Notes under the pieces: generated by a model | What the model was told of the DNA's origin: nothing | The model's input: only the letters and a program-made list of their open reading frames with translations | The model's database searches: none | Translations under genes and position numbers: made by a program | Origin: Candidatus Omnitrophota bacterium | GTDB lineage: Bacteria > Omnitrophota > Gorgyraeia > Velamenicoccales > Velamenicoccaceae | Reading direction: 5' to 3' | Length of the DNA stretch: 55,444 bases | Assembly (NCBI GenBank): GCA_043801485.1 | Contig: JAZDLY010000168.1 | Location: 1 to 55,444, forward strand | Shown: in pieces, positions 27,526 to 36,069 of the stretch | Layout: each line of letters begins with the position of its first letter | Position numbering within the stretch: position 1 is the first letter of the stretch

Positions 27526-28008
27526 ATGGTTTATAAATTTATAGAGCGTTCCAAAGGGGTTGTGATTTCCGCAGTAATGCTCATGGCCTTCGGGTCGTTT
27601 GGCGCATTTCTTCTTTTGGTTTCGATATTTCTGCTATTAACCAAAGACGAAATTCCCGGCCTGGCAGCCCTGCTTCCCAGCAACGTTATTTCCTTGCCCG
27701 TTTTCTGGATGTCTTCGTTTTTAAACCTTTTTATTTTTCTCTCCTGGGTTGTCTGCGGAAAGGCAGCCCTGCACCTCAAAGACTGGGCCAGGCAATTCTT
27801 GCGCATTGTTATGGCTGTTTACATCATCAATATGCTCATCAATATTTCTTTGAACATTTTTTTGGCCGAAGAAGTGATGTCGCAGATTCCCGTTGGTCCG
27901 CTTTTGCTGGGGATTTTTGTTTCTTTTTCTTTTTATTTGAGCATCATCTACTTTTTTTCCCATCCGGATATTGTCCGGCAATTTAAGTATAAGAGCCGGG
28001 AATATTAG
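27526..28008 (+). CDS. Hypothetical 4-TM membrane protein
   Basis: 160 aa with four hydrophobic segments and no recognisable family. Lies 10 nt after pilZ. Confidence 0.55.
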   Translation: MVYKFIERSKGVVISAVMLMAFGSFGAFLLLVSIFLLLTKDEIPGLAALLPSNVISLPVFWMSSFLNLFIFLSWVVCGKAALHLKDWARQFLRIVMAVYIINMLINISLNIFLAEEVMSQIPVGPLLLGIFVSFSFYLSIIYFFSHPDIVRQFKYKSREY

Positions 28009-28020
28009 GACACCAGATCG

Positions 28021-29010
28021 ATGTCGATCGCCCCACGCATCCTCAAGACAGTCGAGCGCTACAAATTATTCTCTCCCGGCGAAAAAGTCATTGTGGCGGT
28101 TTCCGGCGGTCCGGATTCCGTGGCTTTGTTTCATCTTCTCAGGGAATTAAACCCACGGCTGTGCCTGAAGTTGGCTGTGGCCCATCTTGATCATGGCCTC
28201 AGGCGTTCTTCTAAAAACGACTTGATGTTTGTCAGGAAAATGGCAGGGCGCCACGGTGTGTCGTTCTATGGCCGTCGGCTGGAGCAGGCCAAAATCAAGA
28301 CGAAGGGGTCTTTGGAAGATGTTTTGAGAAAATTGCGTTATGATTTTTTGTTGAAGCTGGCTATAAAAATCGGGGCCAGCAAAATTGTTGTCGGGCACAC
28401 GCTTGATGACCAGGCCGAGACGGTTTTGATGAGGGTTTTGCGGGGCAGCGGCCTGGTGGGGCTGGCCGCCATTTTGCCGAAGCGGCGTTTGGCCGTGGGG
28501 TGCCAGGTGGTTCGGCCTTTGATCGAAGTCAACCGCAAGCAGATTCTCCATTACCTTGGCAAACACAGCATACCTTTTTGTACGGACGAGTCGAATCTCC
28601 AAACAAATTTTTTCAGGAACAAGATTCGTCTTCAGCTTTTGCCCTATCTCCAACGCGCTTATAATCCAAATGTGAAGGAGGTTTTGGCGCGCCTGGCGCT
28701 TTCGGTGGGTGCGGATTATGAATTCTTGTTGTCGTGCGGTGGTGATTTTTTAAAGTCCCATGTCCGGCCAACCCGCAACGGCTACCGGTGTAGCCGCACG
28801 GCCCTGGGGAAATTGGATGTTGCGTTGCAGCGGATTGTGCTGAGGCTCATGATCGAAAAATTGCATGGCGATTTAAAGAGGATTGAATTCTGCCATTGGT
28901 TGGAAATAGAGGATTTGTTGGGAGCCAGGCCCGAAGGGGCCCAGGTCCATTTGCCTTTTGATATAACTCTTTCAAAGACCAAAGGTTACTTAAATATTTT
29001 TAAAAGATAA
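28021..29010 (+). CDS. tilS: tRNA(Ile)-lysidine synthase
   Basis: PP-loop VAVSGGPDS, HLDHGLR. tilS-ftsH synteny. Confidence 0.93.
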   Translation: MSIAPRILKTVERYKLFSPGEKVIVAVSGGPDSVALFHLLRELNPRLCLKLAVAHLDHGLRRSSKNDLMFVRKMAGRHGVSFYGRRLEQAKIKTKGSLEDVLRKLRYDFLLKLAIKIGASKIVVGHTLDDQAETVLMRVLRGSGLVGLAAILPKRRLAVGCQVVRPLIEVNRKQILHYLGKHSIPFCTDESNLQTNFFRNKIRLQLLPYLQRAYNPNVKEVLARLALSVGADYEFLLSCGGDFLKSHVRPTRNGYRCSRTALGKLDVALQRIVLRLMIEKLHGDLKRIEFCHWLEIEDLLGARPEGAQVHLPFDITLSKTKGYLNIFKR

Positions 29011-29011
29011 C

Positions 29012-29039
29012 TTGCTTTTCAAGGCGGTTTCGTTATAAT
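29012..29039 (+). promoter_or_regulatory. Putative promoter TTGCTT-16-TATAAT 9 nt upstream of the ftsH ATG
   Basis: Consensus -10 at 29034-29039, no SD between it and ATG 29049. Confidence 0.45.
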
Positions 29040-29048
29040 AATAGCGCT

Positions 29049-30920
29049 ATGAAAAAAATTCGTAACAATCGCTTGAAACCAACGTCTCCCCAGGGCGCCA
29101 AACGGCCCAATTCTCCATTTTTTATATGGATTATCTTTTTTATGGGCATGTTTTATCTCATCGGGATCTTCCAGAACAGCACGGTCTCCCGCAAAGAACT
29201 GACCTATACCGAATTTTACAGGGTTCTCAAAGACAGCCCGTCCAAATTGCGATCTGTCGCGATGATCGAAGACCTGCTGCAGGGTGAGTTTGCGAACGGC
29301 GATCGATTCTTTGTGAACATCCCCGCAGACGACAAAGACCTGTTGGCTTTGCTGAGGACCAACGCCCCTGATTTTGAAGTCAAGCCCTCTAAGACCATGT
29401 GGACTAATCTTTTGTTTTCTCTGGGGCCGGTTATTTTGTTTATTGGTTTTTTGTGGTACTTCAGTTATCGCGGAGCAGAGATGGGGAATCGCGTTTGGTC
29501 GTTTGGTAAAGTCAAGACGCGGTTGGGCTCAGATTCTAAAGAGAAAATGACTTTTAATGATGTGGCCGGTGTTGATGAAGCCAAAGAGGAGCTTCAGGAG
29601 GTCATCGAATTTTTGAAAGATCCGAAAAAATTTCAGCGCTTGGGAGGCAAGATTCCAAAAGGGCTCCTTTTGGTTGGGCCCCCGGGGTGCGGCAAGACGT
29701 TGATTGCCAAGGCCGTCGCCGGCGAGGCCAGCGTTCCTTTTTTGAATATCAGCGGTTCGGATTTTGTTGAGATGTTTGTGGGTGTCGGCGCTTCACGGGT
29801 GCGTGATTTATTTGAGCAGGCAAAGAAAGCCGCCAAGACCCTCGGCCGGGGTGCGATCATTTTTATCGACGAAATCGATGCAGTGGGCCGCTTGAGATTT
29901 TCCGGGATCGGCGGAGGGCACGATGAACGCGAACAGACGCTCAACCAATTGCTGGTGGAGATGGATGGTTTTGACCCCAACGAGGGGATTATTTTGATTG
30001 CGGCCACCAACAGGCCGGACACGTTGGATCCCGCACTTTTAAGGCCGGGCCGTTTTGACCGTCACGTCGTTATTGACCGGCCGGACATCAAGGGGCGCGA
30101 GGCCATTTTAAAAGTACACACCAAGAAGATTAAGTTGGCTGGAGAGGTCAGTCTTGAGTCCATTGCCCGACAGACGCCGGGTTTTTCAGGAGCGGATCTT
30201 GCCAATCTGTGCAACGAAGCCGCGTTGCTTTCAGCGCGTTACGATAAAGAAGCGGTGGGACAGAAGGAAATGGAGATAGCGCTCGAACGCGTTGTCGCCG
30301 GGCCTGAGCGAAAGAGCCGTGTCATCAGTGCGAAAGAAAAAGAAATTGTGTCTTTCCACGAAGCCGACCATGCCTTGATCGCGCTCCTGGTGCCGGAGGT
30401 GGATCCGTTGCATAAAGTTTCGATTATTCCCCGTGGCGTGGCCGCTTTGGGATACACACTTCAGTTACCGCTTCAGGATCGTTACATCATGATGAAGACC
30501 GAGCTTTTGGGCCGTATCGCGGTTCTGTTGGCGGGCCGGGCATCCGAAGAGATGAATTTCAACGACATCACCACGGGTTCGGAAAACGACATTGAGGTGG
30601 CGACCCAGATGGCCCGTCGGATGGTTTGTGAGTTTGGCATGTCCGAAAAGATCGGTTATTTGACACTGGGGCGCAGACAGGGTTTGATTTTTCTTGGCAA
30701 GAATCTGACAGAAGAGCGCAATTATAGCGAACAGACAGCCAAGTTGATCGATGAGGAAATCAAGAATATCATCGATCAATGCTTCGACAGAGCTAAAAAA
30801 CTCCTCATTGAAAATAAAGAAAAGCTTCTTTTGTTGGCGTCGACCTTGCGGGAGAGAGAGGTTTTGGACGGAGAAGAGGTCAAGAAGCTTTTGGGTTTTG
30901 ATTCCAGTGCACCAGCATGA
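29049..30920 (+). CDS. ftsH: ATP-dependent zinc metalloprotease FtsH
   Basis: [16 protein letters not shown] region, HEADHA zinc motif, two N-terminal TMs. Confidence 0.97.
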   Translation: MKKIRNNRLKPTSPQGAKRPNSPFFIWIIFFMGMFYLIGIFQNSTVSRKELTYTEFYRVLKDSPSKLRSVAMIEDLLQGEFANGDRFFVNIPADDKDLLALLRTNAPDFEVKPSKTMWTNLLFSLGPVILFIGFLWYFSYRGAEMGNRVWSFGKVKTRLGSDSKEKMTFNDVAGVDEAKEELQEVIEFLKDPKKFQRLGGKIPKGLLLVGPPGCGKTLIAKAVAGEASVPFLNISGSDFVEMFVGVGASRVRDLFEQAKKAAKTLGRGAIIFIDEIDAVGRLRFSGIGGGHDEREQTLNQLLVEMDGFDPNEGIILIAATNRPDTLDPALLRPGRFDRHVVIDRPDIKGREAILKVHTKKIKLAGEVSLESIARQTPGFSGADLANLCNEAALLSARYDKEAVGQKEMEIALERVVAGPERKSRVISAKEKEIVSFHEADHALIALLVPEVDPLHKVSIIPRGVAALGYTLQLPLQDRYIMMKTELLGRIAVLLAGRASEEMNFNDITTGSENDIEVATQMARRMVCEFGMSEKIGYLTLGRRQGLIFLGKNLTEERNYSEQTAKLIDEEIKNIIDQCFDRAKKLLIENKEKLLLLASTLREREVLDGEEVKKLLGFDSSAPA

Positions 30921-32116
30921 TGCCGTATGTTCTGGCCCTCAAGAATTCCAGGGATCTCGTCCGTGAGTTTGGAGAGATCGGGGTGGATTGGGCCGGCATG
31001 TCGATCATGCGACCCAAGGGGGTCTTTCGCGTTGTCAAGCTGCGCGGTTTGCCGTCGTTTTTGGCCAATATTCTCAAGCAAGAAATGCTTTCGCTGGGAG
31101 GAGACGCGGCCGTTAGCCGCGGGTCCCTCACCGGCCGGGGGAAAAAAACAGACTGTCTTGTCATGGGAACGCTGGCGCAGTTCAAGGGCCTGATTGATAA
31201 GCTCAAACGACAATCATTCGGCCTTGAACCTCTCGGAGGCCAGATCAAAAGCGTTCTCGATCGTTTCGACGGACATGGTACGGTTTTGGACTTGGGTAAA
31301 AAATTTTTGCGTTTCGGCAAAAAGACATTCGTGATGGGAATCGTGAACGCAACGCCGGATTCTTTCTCTGGCGACGGACTGTTGGGTAGGACTCTCCAAG
31401 AAGCCTTCGATGTTGCCCAAAAGATGGTTGCGCTCGGTGCAGATATTATTGATGTCGGCGGAGAATCTTCCCGGCCAGGTTCTAGGCGAATTTCTGCCAA
31501 AGAGGAGATCGCAAGGGTCGTGCCGTTATTAAAACGTCTTTCAAAAAAACTGCGTGTTCCGATTTCAATCGATACCGTCAAGAGCGAAGTCGCCAAAGCC
31601 GCCCTGGATGCGGGGGCGAGCATCGTCAACGATATTTCCGCATTGCGCTTTGACAAGAAGATGGCGTCATTGATCGGTCGCAGGAAGGCTGCGGTGGTTC
31701 TCATGCACATGAAGGGCAGGCCGGCCACGATGCAGAAAAAGCCGCGCTACGCGCACCTGATGACGGAGCTCATAGATTTTTTTGAAGCAGCCGTTGCACG
31801 CGCCGAAGACGCCGGAATTGCCCGCGAGAAAATCATTCTGGATCCCGGGATTGGTTTCGGCAAGTCGGTGGAACACAATGTTGAAATCCTGCGCCGTCTC
31901 TCTGAATTGAAATGTTTCGGCAGGCCGCTTCTTGTTGGGCTTTCGCGCAAATGGTTTATCGGCCAGATTCTCGCACTCGAGGCCCAGGAGAGGATGTTTG
32001 GAACAGCTGCAGCGCTTGGTGTGGCGATCGCCCACGGCGCTGACGTGGTCCGCGTGCACGATGTCGGGGAAATGAAGCAGGTGGTCCGCCTGACAGATGC
32101 CCTGGTGAGGAATTAG
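30917..32116 (+). CDS. folP: Dihydropteroate synthase with about 135-aa N-terminal extension
   Basis: Pterin-binding core starts near IMGIVNATPDSFSGDG, with DVGGESSRPG and GFGK. The N-terminal domain is unassigned. Confidence 0.9.
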   Translation: MMPYVLALKNSRDLVREFGEIGVDWAGMSIMRPKGVFRVVKLRGLPSFLANILKQEMLSLGGDAAVSRGSLTGRGKKTDCLVMGTLAQFKGLIDKLKRQSFGLEPLGGQIKSVLDRFDGHGTVLDLGKKFLRFGKKTFVMGIVNATPDSFSGDGLLGRTLQEAFDVAQKMVALGADIIDVGGESSRPGSRRISAKEEIARVVPLLKRLSKKLRVPISIDTVKSEVAKAALDAGASIVNDISALRFDKKMASLIGRRKAAVVLMHMKGRPATMQKKPRYAHLMTELIDFFEAAVARAEDAGIAREKIILDPGIGFGKSVEHNVEILRRLSELKCFGRPLLVGLSRKWFIGQILALEAQERMFGTAAALGVAIAHGADVVRVHDVGEMKQVVRLTDALVRN

Positions 32117-32118
32117 TT

Positions 32119-32916
32119 ATGGTTTGGGAAAAAATCGTTAATTTCTTCGCAGTTTATTGGATGATCTTAAAGCCTGCCATCGAGATTTCGATCTTGTGGT
32201 TTGTCTTTTTCAGGATCATGATCTTTTTTGAAGGCACGCGTGCCGGCCAGGTTTGGAAAGGGATCTTGATTTTGGTTATTACTTTTTTTCTGGCCCAAAA
32301 ACTAGGCCTCAATACCCTGGATTGGATTTTGACCAAGCTGTTCGCAATCTCTGTCGTTGCGGCGATCGTCATCTTTCAGCCGGAGTTGAGATTCGGTCTG
32401 GCGCGTTTGGGCCAACCGCATCTTTTCAGCACCGTGCTGAAGGCCGAAGAGATCGATGAATTGATCAAACAACTGACTCAGGCTCTCCTGGGTTTGTCGC
32501 AGAAGAAAGTCGGGGCGCTGATTGCCTTGGAACGCGAGGACCGCCTCAAGAGTTATATCGACAGCGGTGTGGTGATGGAGTCTAAGGTGAGCCCTGAACT
32601 TTTGGAGACGATCTTCACGCCGACATCGCCCCTGCACGACGGAGGCGTTGTGATTCAGGGAAATCGCATCGCCGCGGCCAGCTGTCTTTTTCCTTTGACG
32701 CAGAACCCTTATTTGAGCCATGGTCTGGGAACCCGCCACCGGGCGGCCATCGGATTATGCGAAGAATCTGATGCGATTGTGTTGATTGTGTCCGAAGAGA
32801 CCGGGCACATCTCTTTGGCGGTCCGCGGGCGTCTTGCTCAGGCACTGAGCCGCGAAGAATTGATGCAGAATCTTAAAGAACAATTGGTCGTTTCCAAAAA
32901 CATATCGCCGTCATGA
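32119..32916 (+). CDS. cdaA: Diadenylate cyclase CdaA
   Basis: 3 TM plus a DAC domain with LHDGGVVI and GTRHRAA..SEETG motifs. Confidence 0.93.
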   Translation: MVWEKIVNFFAVYWMILKPAIEISILWFVFFRIMIFFEGTRAGQVWKGILILVITFFLAQKLGLNTLDWILTKLFAISVVAAIVIFQPELRFGLARLGQPHLFSTVLKAEEIDELIKQLTQALLGLSQKKVGALIALEREDRLKSYIDSGVVMESKVSPELLETIFTPTSPLHDGGVVIQGNRIAAASCLFPLTQNPYLSHGLGTRHRAAIGLCEESDAIVLIVSEETGHISLAVRGRLAQALSREELMQNLKEQLVVSKNISPS

Positions 32917-33035
32917 AACTAGCCAAAATTTTTTCAGATTTAAAAAAGTGGTTCACCTATTATCCGCTCTATAAGCTCATCGCCCTGGTCCTTGCCATCG
33001 TGATCTATTTCTATGTGAACGCAGAGTTTAAATGA
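32913..33035 (+). pseudogene. 40-codon remnant resembling the N-terminal TM anchor of CdaR/YbbR
   Basis: ATGA overlap with the cdaA stop. MKLAKIFSDLKKWFTYYPLYKLIALVLAIVIYFYVNAEFK* resembles YbbR N-termini (..LKxxSLxLAxxLWxYV). The frame stops at the first base of the repeat block. Confidence 0.5.
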
Positions 33036-33125
33036 GGGCATAACTTATGGAGCGATAGCGTCCGCCACAAAGCTTCGGCGGATCCGCCAATTATTTTGGC
33101 GGAAACATAAGTTATAAGCCCGAAT
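33036..33125 (+). repeat. 90-nt compound-hairpin direct repeat, copy 1
   Basis: 89/90 identical to 33210-33299. ATAACTTATG...CATAAGTTAT encloses two TCCGCC-loop-GGCGGA hairpins. Confidence 0.9.
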
Positions 33126-33199
33126 TTATCCCGTGCCTGCGAGCAGTTTCCATCACTTGGATTTAGAAATCTGCGAAGCGTTCAGGCATCGGGATAACC
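33126..33199 (+). repeat. Module D copy 1 (nested hairpin, about 74 nt)
   Basis: TTATCCCGTGCCTGCGAGCAG..GAAATCTGCGAAGCGTTCAGGCATCGGGATAACC. Homologous to 46880-46955 and 52977-53047. Confidence 0.85.
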
Positions 33200-33209
33200 A
33201 CATTAACAT

Positions 33210-33299
33210 GGGCATAACTTATGGAGCGATAGCGTCCGCCACAAAGCTTCCGCGGATCCGCCAATTATTTTGGCGGAAACATAAGTTATAAGCCCGAAT
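33210..33299 (+). repeat. 90-nt compound-hairpin direct repeat, copy 2
   Basis: See copy 1. The single G/C difference lies in the first inner stem. Confidence 0.9.
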
Positions 33300-33441
33300 C
33301 AAGCACCTTGATATGCACCGTAGGTGCATTTAGCGAATTGAGCTCCTTAATGCCAATTCAGCGAAATCCCGCGTAAGCGGGAGTCCTTGTGAGCGTAAGC
33401 GAACAAGGATTATCCCGAAGCGTTCAGGCATCGGGATAACC
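33300..33441. repeat. Module mosaic A-B-C plus an internally deleted D
   Basis: CAAGCACCTTGATATGCACC-GTAG-GTGCATTTAGCGAA; AATCCCGC-GTAA-GCGGGA; GTCCTTGT-GAGCGTAAGCGAA-CAAGGA; TTATCCCG/AAGCGTTCAGGCATCGGGATAACC (33410-33441), which shares its 3' 26 nt with D copy 1. Confidence 0.85.
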
Positions 33442-33455
33442 ACCTTTATTCCTCC

Positions 33456-34169
33456 ATGCCTAAACTCGGCGTTAACATCGATCATATTGCGACTCTCCGG
33501 CAGCTGAGGCATTCCTTGACGCCGAGTCTGATCGAAGCTGCCCGGATTTGCGAAAACAGCGGTGCGGATTCCATTGTTGTTCATCTGCGTCAAGACAGGC
33601 GCCATATTCAAGACAAAGACGTTTGGTCTTTGAGACGTCGCGTCCAGAAAAAATTTAATTTAGAGATGTCGGCGGCGCCCGCCATTGTGCGGATCGCCTG
33701 TCGGGTCAAGCCTGACCAGGTTACCCTGGTGCCGGAGCGAAGGCAGGAATTGACGACCGAGGGCGGACTGGATGTTGTTAAGCACTGGCGCAGGATTGAA
33801 CGGGCCGCAAGAGAGCTCAAACGCCAAATGATTGATGTGAGTCTATTCATTGAGCCAGCACAAGAACAGATCAAGGCCGCTGCAAAATTGGGTATCGATA
33901 TGGTTGAGATCCATACGGGCGCCTATGCTAATAGCCTCAACCAGAGGAAGCGCGATAAGGAATTTTTAAAAATCAAAAACGCTGTAACTTATGCTCATGA
34001 GTTTGGTCTGACGGTGCATGCCGGTCATGGCCTGGATTACGGCAACACGCGGCCCGTTGCCCGTCTGGCCCATATGCAGGAATTAAACATTGGCTATTCC
34101 ATTGTTTGTCGTTCGGTATTCGTCGGGCTCGCTCAGGCGGTCCGTGAAATGAAAGCGCTCGTCAAATGA
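33456..34169 (+). CDS. pdxJ: Pyridoxine 5'-phosphate synthase
   Basis: LGVNIDHIATLR, HLR.DRRHI, EIHTG, HAGHGL. Confidence 0.95.
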   Translation: MPKLGVNIDHIATLRQLRHSLTPSLIEAARICENSGADSIVVHLRQDRRHIQDKDVWSLRRRVQKKFNLEMSAAPAIVRIACRVKPDQVTLVPERRQELTTEGGLDVVKHWRRIERAARELKRQMIDVSLFIEPAQEQIKAAAKLGIDMVEIHTGAYANSLNQRKRDKEFLKIKNAVTYAHEFGLTVHAGHGLDYGNTRPVARLAHMQELNIGYSIVCRSVFVGLAQAVREMKALVK

Positions 34170-34516
34170 TCAAAGGACACGGGATTGACTTGGTTGAGAT
34201 CAAGCGCCTGGAGCATGCGGTCAAGCGTTGGGGCAAAACGTTTTTGAACCGTGTTTTTACAGAACAGGAATTGAAGTACTCCGAACACAAAGCCCGCCCC
34301 ATGCAGCATCTGGCGGCTCGCTTTGCGGCCAAGGAAGCGATCTATAAGGCTTTTGGTACAAATCCCAAACTGAATTTTAAAGACATCGAAATTTACAACG
34401 ATCGTTATGGCCGTCCATTCTGCAAGGTTAAGAATAAATCCGTTCCTGTTTATTTAGCTATTTCCCACACGGATACCCATGCGATTGCCTCAGCCATTAT
34501 TGAAGAGAAGGCTTGA
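34166..34516 (+). CDS. acpS: Holo-[acyl-carrier-protein] synthase
   Basis: 116 aa with GIDLVEI..., FAAKEA..KA and ISHT motifs. Confidence 0.93.
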   Translation: MIKGHGIDLVEIKRLEHAVKRWGKTFLNRVFTEQELKYSEHKARPMQHLAARFAAKEAIYKAFGTNPKLNFKDIEIYNDRYGRPFCKVKNKSVPVYLAISHTDTHAIASAIIEEKA

Positions 34517-35336
34517 TTCCCAAAAAGGGGACTACGGACACGTCTTGATGCTGGCGGGCTCAGCGCGATATACTGGCGCTGCGTGCCTTGCGGCTTGCGC
34601 TGCCATGAGGGCTGGCGCTGGTTTGGTGACGTTGGGCATCCCGAAGAGCTTGCATCCCATTTTTGCCAGGAAATTAACGGAAGCAATGTTTCTGCCGCTT
34701 CCGGAAACAAGACATCAGGTTTTGAGCAAAGCAGGACTGCCGGCCATAAAGGATTTTTTAAAGAAGGTAGATTGCTTGTTGATAGGGCCTGGCCTTTCCC
34801 GGGAAACGCCAACCCAATGGTTGGTCCGGGCGGTGTTAACTATTGTCAGGGCACCCCTGGTTCTTGATGCGGATGGCCTCAATGCATTGGTCGGGCACTT
34901 AGAGCTTTTGAAGCGGATCAAAACAACAGCTGTATTGACGCCGCATCCTGGCGAAATGGGGCGCCTTTTGGGGATATCTGTCGCGCAAGTCCAAAGGAAC
35001 AGAAAAAGGATTGCAAAAGATTTTGCGCTTCGCTACAATGTTAATCTCGTTTTGAAAGGACACGATACAATCGTTGCCTCAAGCCGGGGAAAAGTTGCTG
35101 TTAATGCGACTGGAAATCCCGGCATGGCAACAGCGGGCAGCGGGGATGTCTTGGCGGGGATTCTGGTGGCTTTTCTGGGGCAGGGGGTAGGGGCCTTCGA
35201 AGCAGCCAGGAGCGCTGTTTATCTTCATGGCTTGGCCGGTGATTTGGCTGCCAGAGATAAAACTCAAACCTCGTTGATAGCGTCGGATATTGTAGAATAT
35301 TTACCAAAGGCTTTTGAGAAAGCCGGTGCTCATTGA
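34479..35336 (+). CDS. nnrD: ADP-dependent NAD(P)H-hydrate dehydratase (YjeF C-terminal type)
   Basis: KGDYGHVLMLAGS..YTGAA, TPHPGE, GNPGMATAGSGDVLAG. Overlaps acpS by 38 nt. Confidence 0.9.
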   Translation: MRLPQPLLKRRLDSQKGDYGHVLMLAGSARYTGAACLAACAAMRAGAGLVTLGIPKSLHPIFARKLTEAMFLPLPETRHQVLSKAGLPAIKDFLKKVDCLLIGPGLSRETPTQWLVRAVLTIVRAPLVLDADGLNALVGHLELLKRIKTTAVLTPHPGEMGRLLGISVAQVQRNRKRIAKDFALRYNVNLVLKGHDTIVASSRGKVAVNATGNPGMATAGSGDVLAGILVAFLGQGVGAFEAARSAVYLHGLAGDLAARDKTQTSLIASDIVEYLPKAFEKAGAH

Positions 35337-35344
35337 AGCAATAT

Positions 35345-35417
35345 GCCGAAGTAGCTCAGTCGGTAGAGCAGCTGTTTTGTAAACAGCGGGTCGGGGGTTC
35401 GATTCCCTTCTTCGGCT
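35345..35417 (+). tRNA. tRNA-Thr (TGT)
   Basis: GCCGAAG/CTTCGGC acceptor, GCTC-AGTCGGTA-GAGC D arm, GCTGT-TTTGTAA-ACAGC anticodon arm, GGGGG-TTCGATT-CCCTT T arm. Confidence 0.9.
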
Positions 35418-35551
35418 TGATTTGATTGCGGAGCGAAGCTCCAAAATCGCCCCCAAGGGGTGACAGCGGAGACTTTGCGACGAGTAGAAGTAAAGTCGTA
35501 GCGCAAGAGGGGCGTAAGCCCCTATTGATCGGGGGTTTGGGGGCGATTTTC
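35418..35551 (+). other. Structured inter-tRNA spacer closed by a 13-bp long-range stem
   Basis: AAAATCGCCCCCA (35436-35448) pairs with TGGGGGCGATTTT (35538-35550). Inside are GGAGC-GAA-GCTCC and AGGGGC-GTAA-GCCCCT hairpins. Confidence 0.55.
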
Positions 35552-35634
35552 GGACGGGTACCCAAGTGGCCAAAGGGGGCAGACTGTAAATCTGCTGCAC
35601 ACAAGCTTCAGAGGTTCAAATCCTCTCCCGTCCA
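35552..35634 (+). tRNA. tRNA-Tyr (GTA), long variable arm
   Basis: GGACGGG/CCCGTCC acceptor, GCAGA-CTGTAAA-TCTGC anticodon arm, AGAGG-TTCAAAT-CCTCT T arm, 83 nt without CCA. Confidence 0.88.
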
Positions 35635-35668
35635 CTTAAATTTTTCCGACAAGGAAAAATTTAAGTGG
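35632..35668 (+). other. 16-bp perfect hairpin that incorporates the last 3 nt of tRNA-Tyr
   Basis: CCACTTAAATTTTTCC-GACAA-GGAAAAATTTAAGTGG. No U-tract follows. Confidence 0.7.
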
Positions 35669-35875
35669 TGCCGCAGCGAGCGTTAAGCGGCACGACAAGC
35701 GACCGGAGGAAGTCCCTTTGGGATGCCGTAGCGAGATGCGGCCCACCACCTTAATGTTTGCGGGAGTAGTTTTAATGACGGCACAAGTTATGGAACTGTT
35801 TGGTGACATAACTTGTTGCCGGAATTAATCCCGCCGGTTTCCAGGCGGGACAGTGGTCGTCGAGATGTTAGATTT
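35669..35875. repeat. Hairpin-module spacer between tRNA-Tyr and tRNA-Gly, including a tRNA-Gly 5' echo at 35757-35771
   Basis: GCCGC-AGCGAGCGTTAA-GCGGC, GCCG-TAGCGAGAT-GCGGC, CACCTTAATG word, CGGCACAAGTTATG-GAACTGTTTGGTGA-CATAACTTGTTGCCG, TCCCGCC-GGTTTCCAG-GCGGGA. TTTGCGGGAGTAGTT duplicates 35873-35887. Confidence 0.75.
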
Positions 35876-35949
35876 GCGGGAGTAGTTCAGTGGTAGAACA
35901 CTAGCCTTCCAAGCTGGTTATGTGGGTTCGATTCCCATCTCCCGCTCCA
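35876..35949 (+). tRNA. tRNA-Gly (TCC), CCA encoded
   Basis: GCGGGAG/CTCCCGC acceptor, CCTTCCAAG anticodon region, GTGGG-TTCGATT-CCCAT T arm, TCCA end. Confidence 0.92.
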
Positions 35950-36069
35950 AAGAATGCAGCGTGTTTGAATTTTGAGCTCGGTTTGTTAATAGTGGGGTCT
36001 GGGTTCGTCCCGCCAAAAAACGGCGGGATTTCCCTTGATGCACCTTCGGTGCAGATTATGGTGCTCAAA

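Noticed and set aside
30880-31728. Long minus-strand ORFs: 282 aa here, plus 6936-7748, 51685-52371, 52314-52916, 38964-39494, 17331-17858 and 40649-41185.
   Set aside because: All lie antisense to well-supported + strand genes (folP, mfd, lysC, the kinase, mgtC, the thyA-like gene). They have biased Arg/Ser/Pro/Gly composition, no recognisable motifs and no RBS. They are shadow ORFs.
33036-33441. Possible CRISPR array because of repeated palindromic units.
   Set aside because: There is no constant repeat length or spacing and no unique spacers of uniform size. The units are heterogeneous nested hairpins that also occur in inverted orientation. No cas genes are in the window.
35301-35686. 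ORFs 35301-35600(-), 35356-35604(-) and 35426-35686(+).
   Set aside because: They overlap the tRNA-Thr and tRNA-Tyr genes and structured spacers. They have no RBS and a low-complexity translation.
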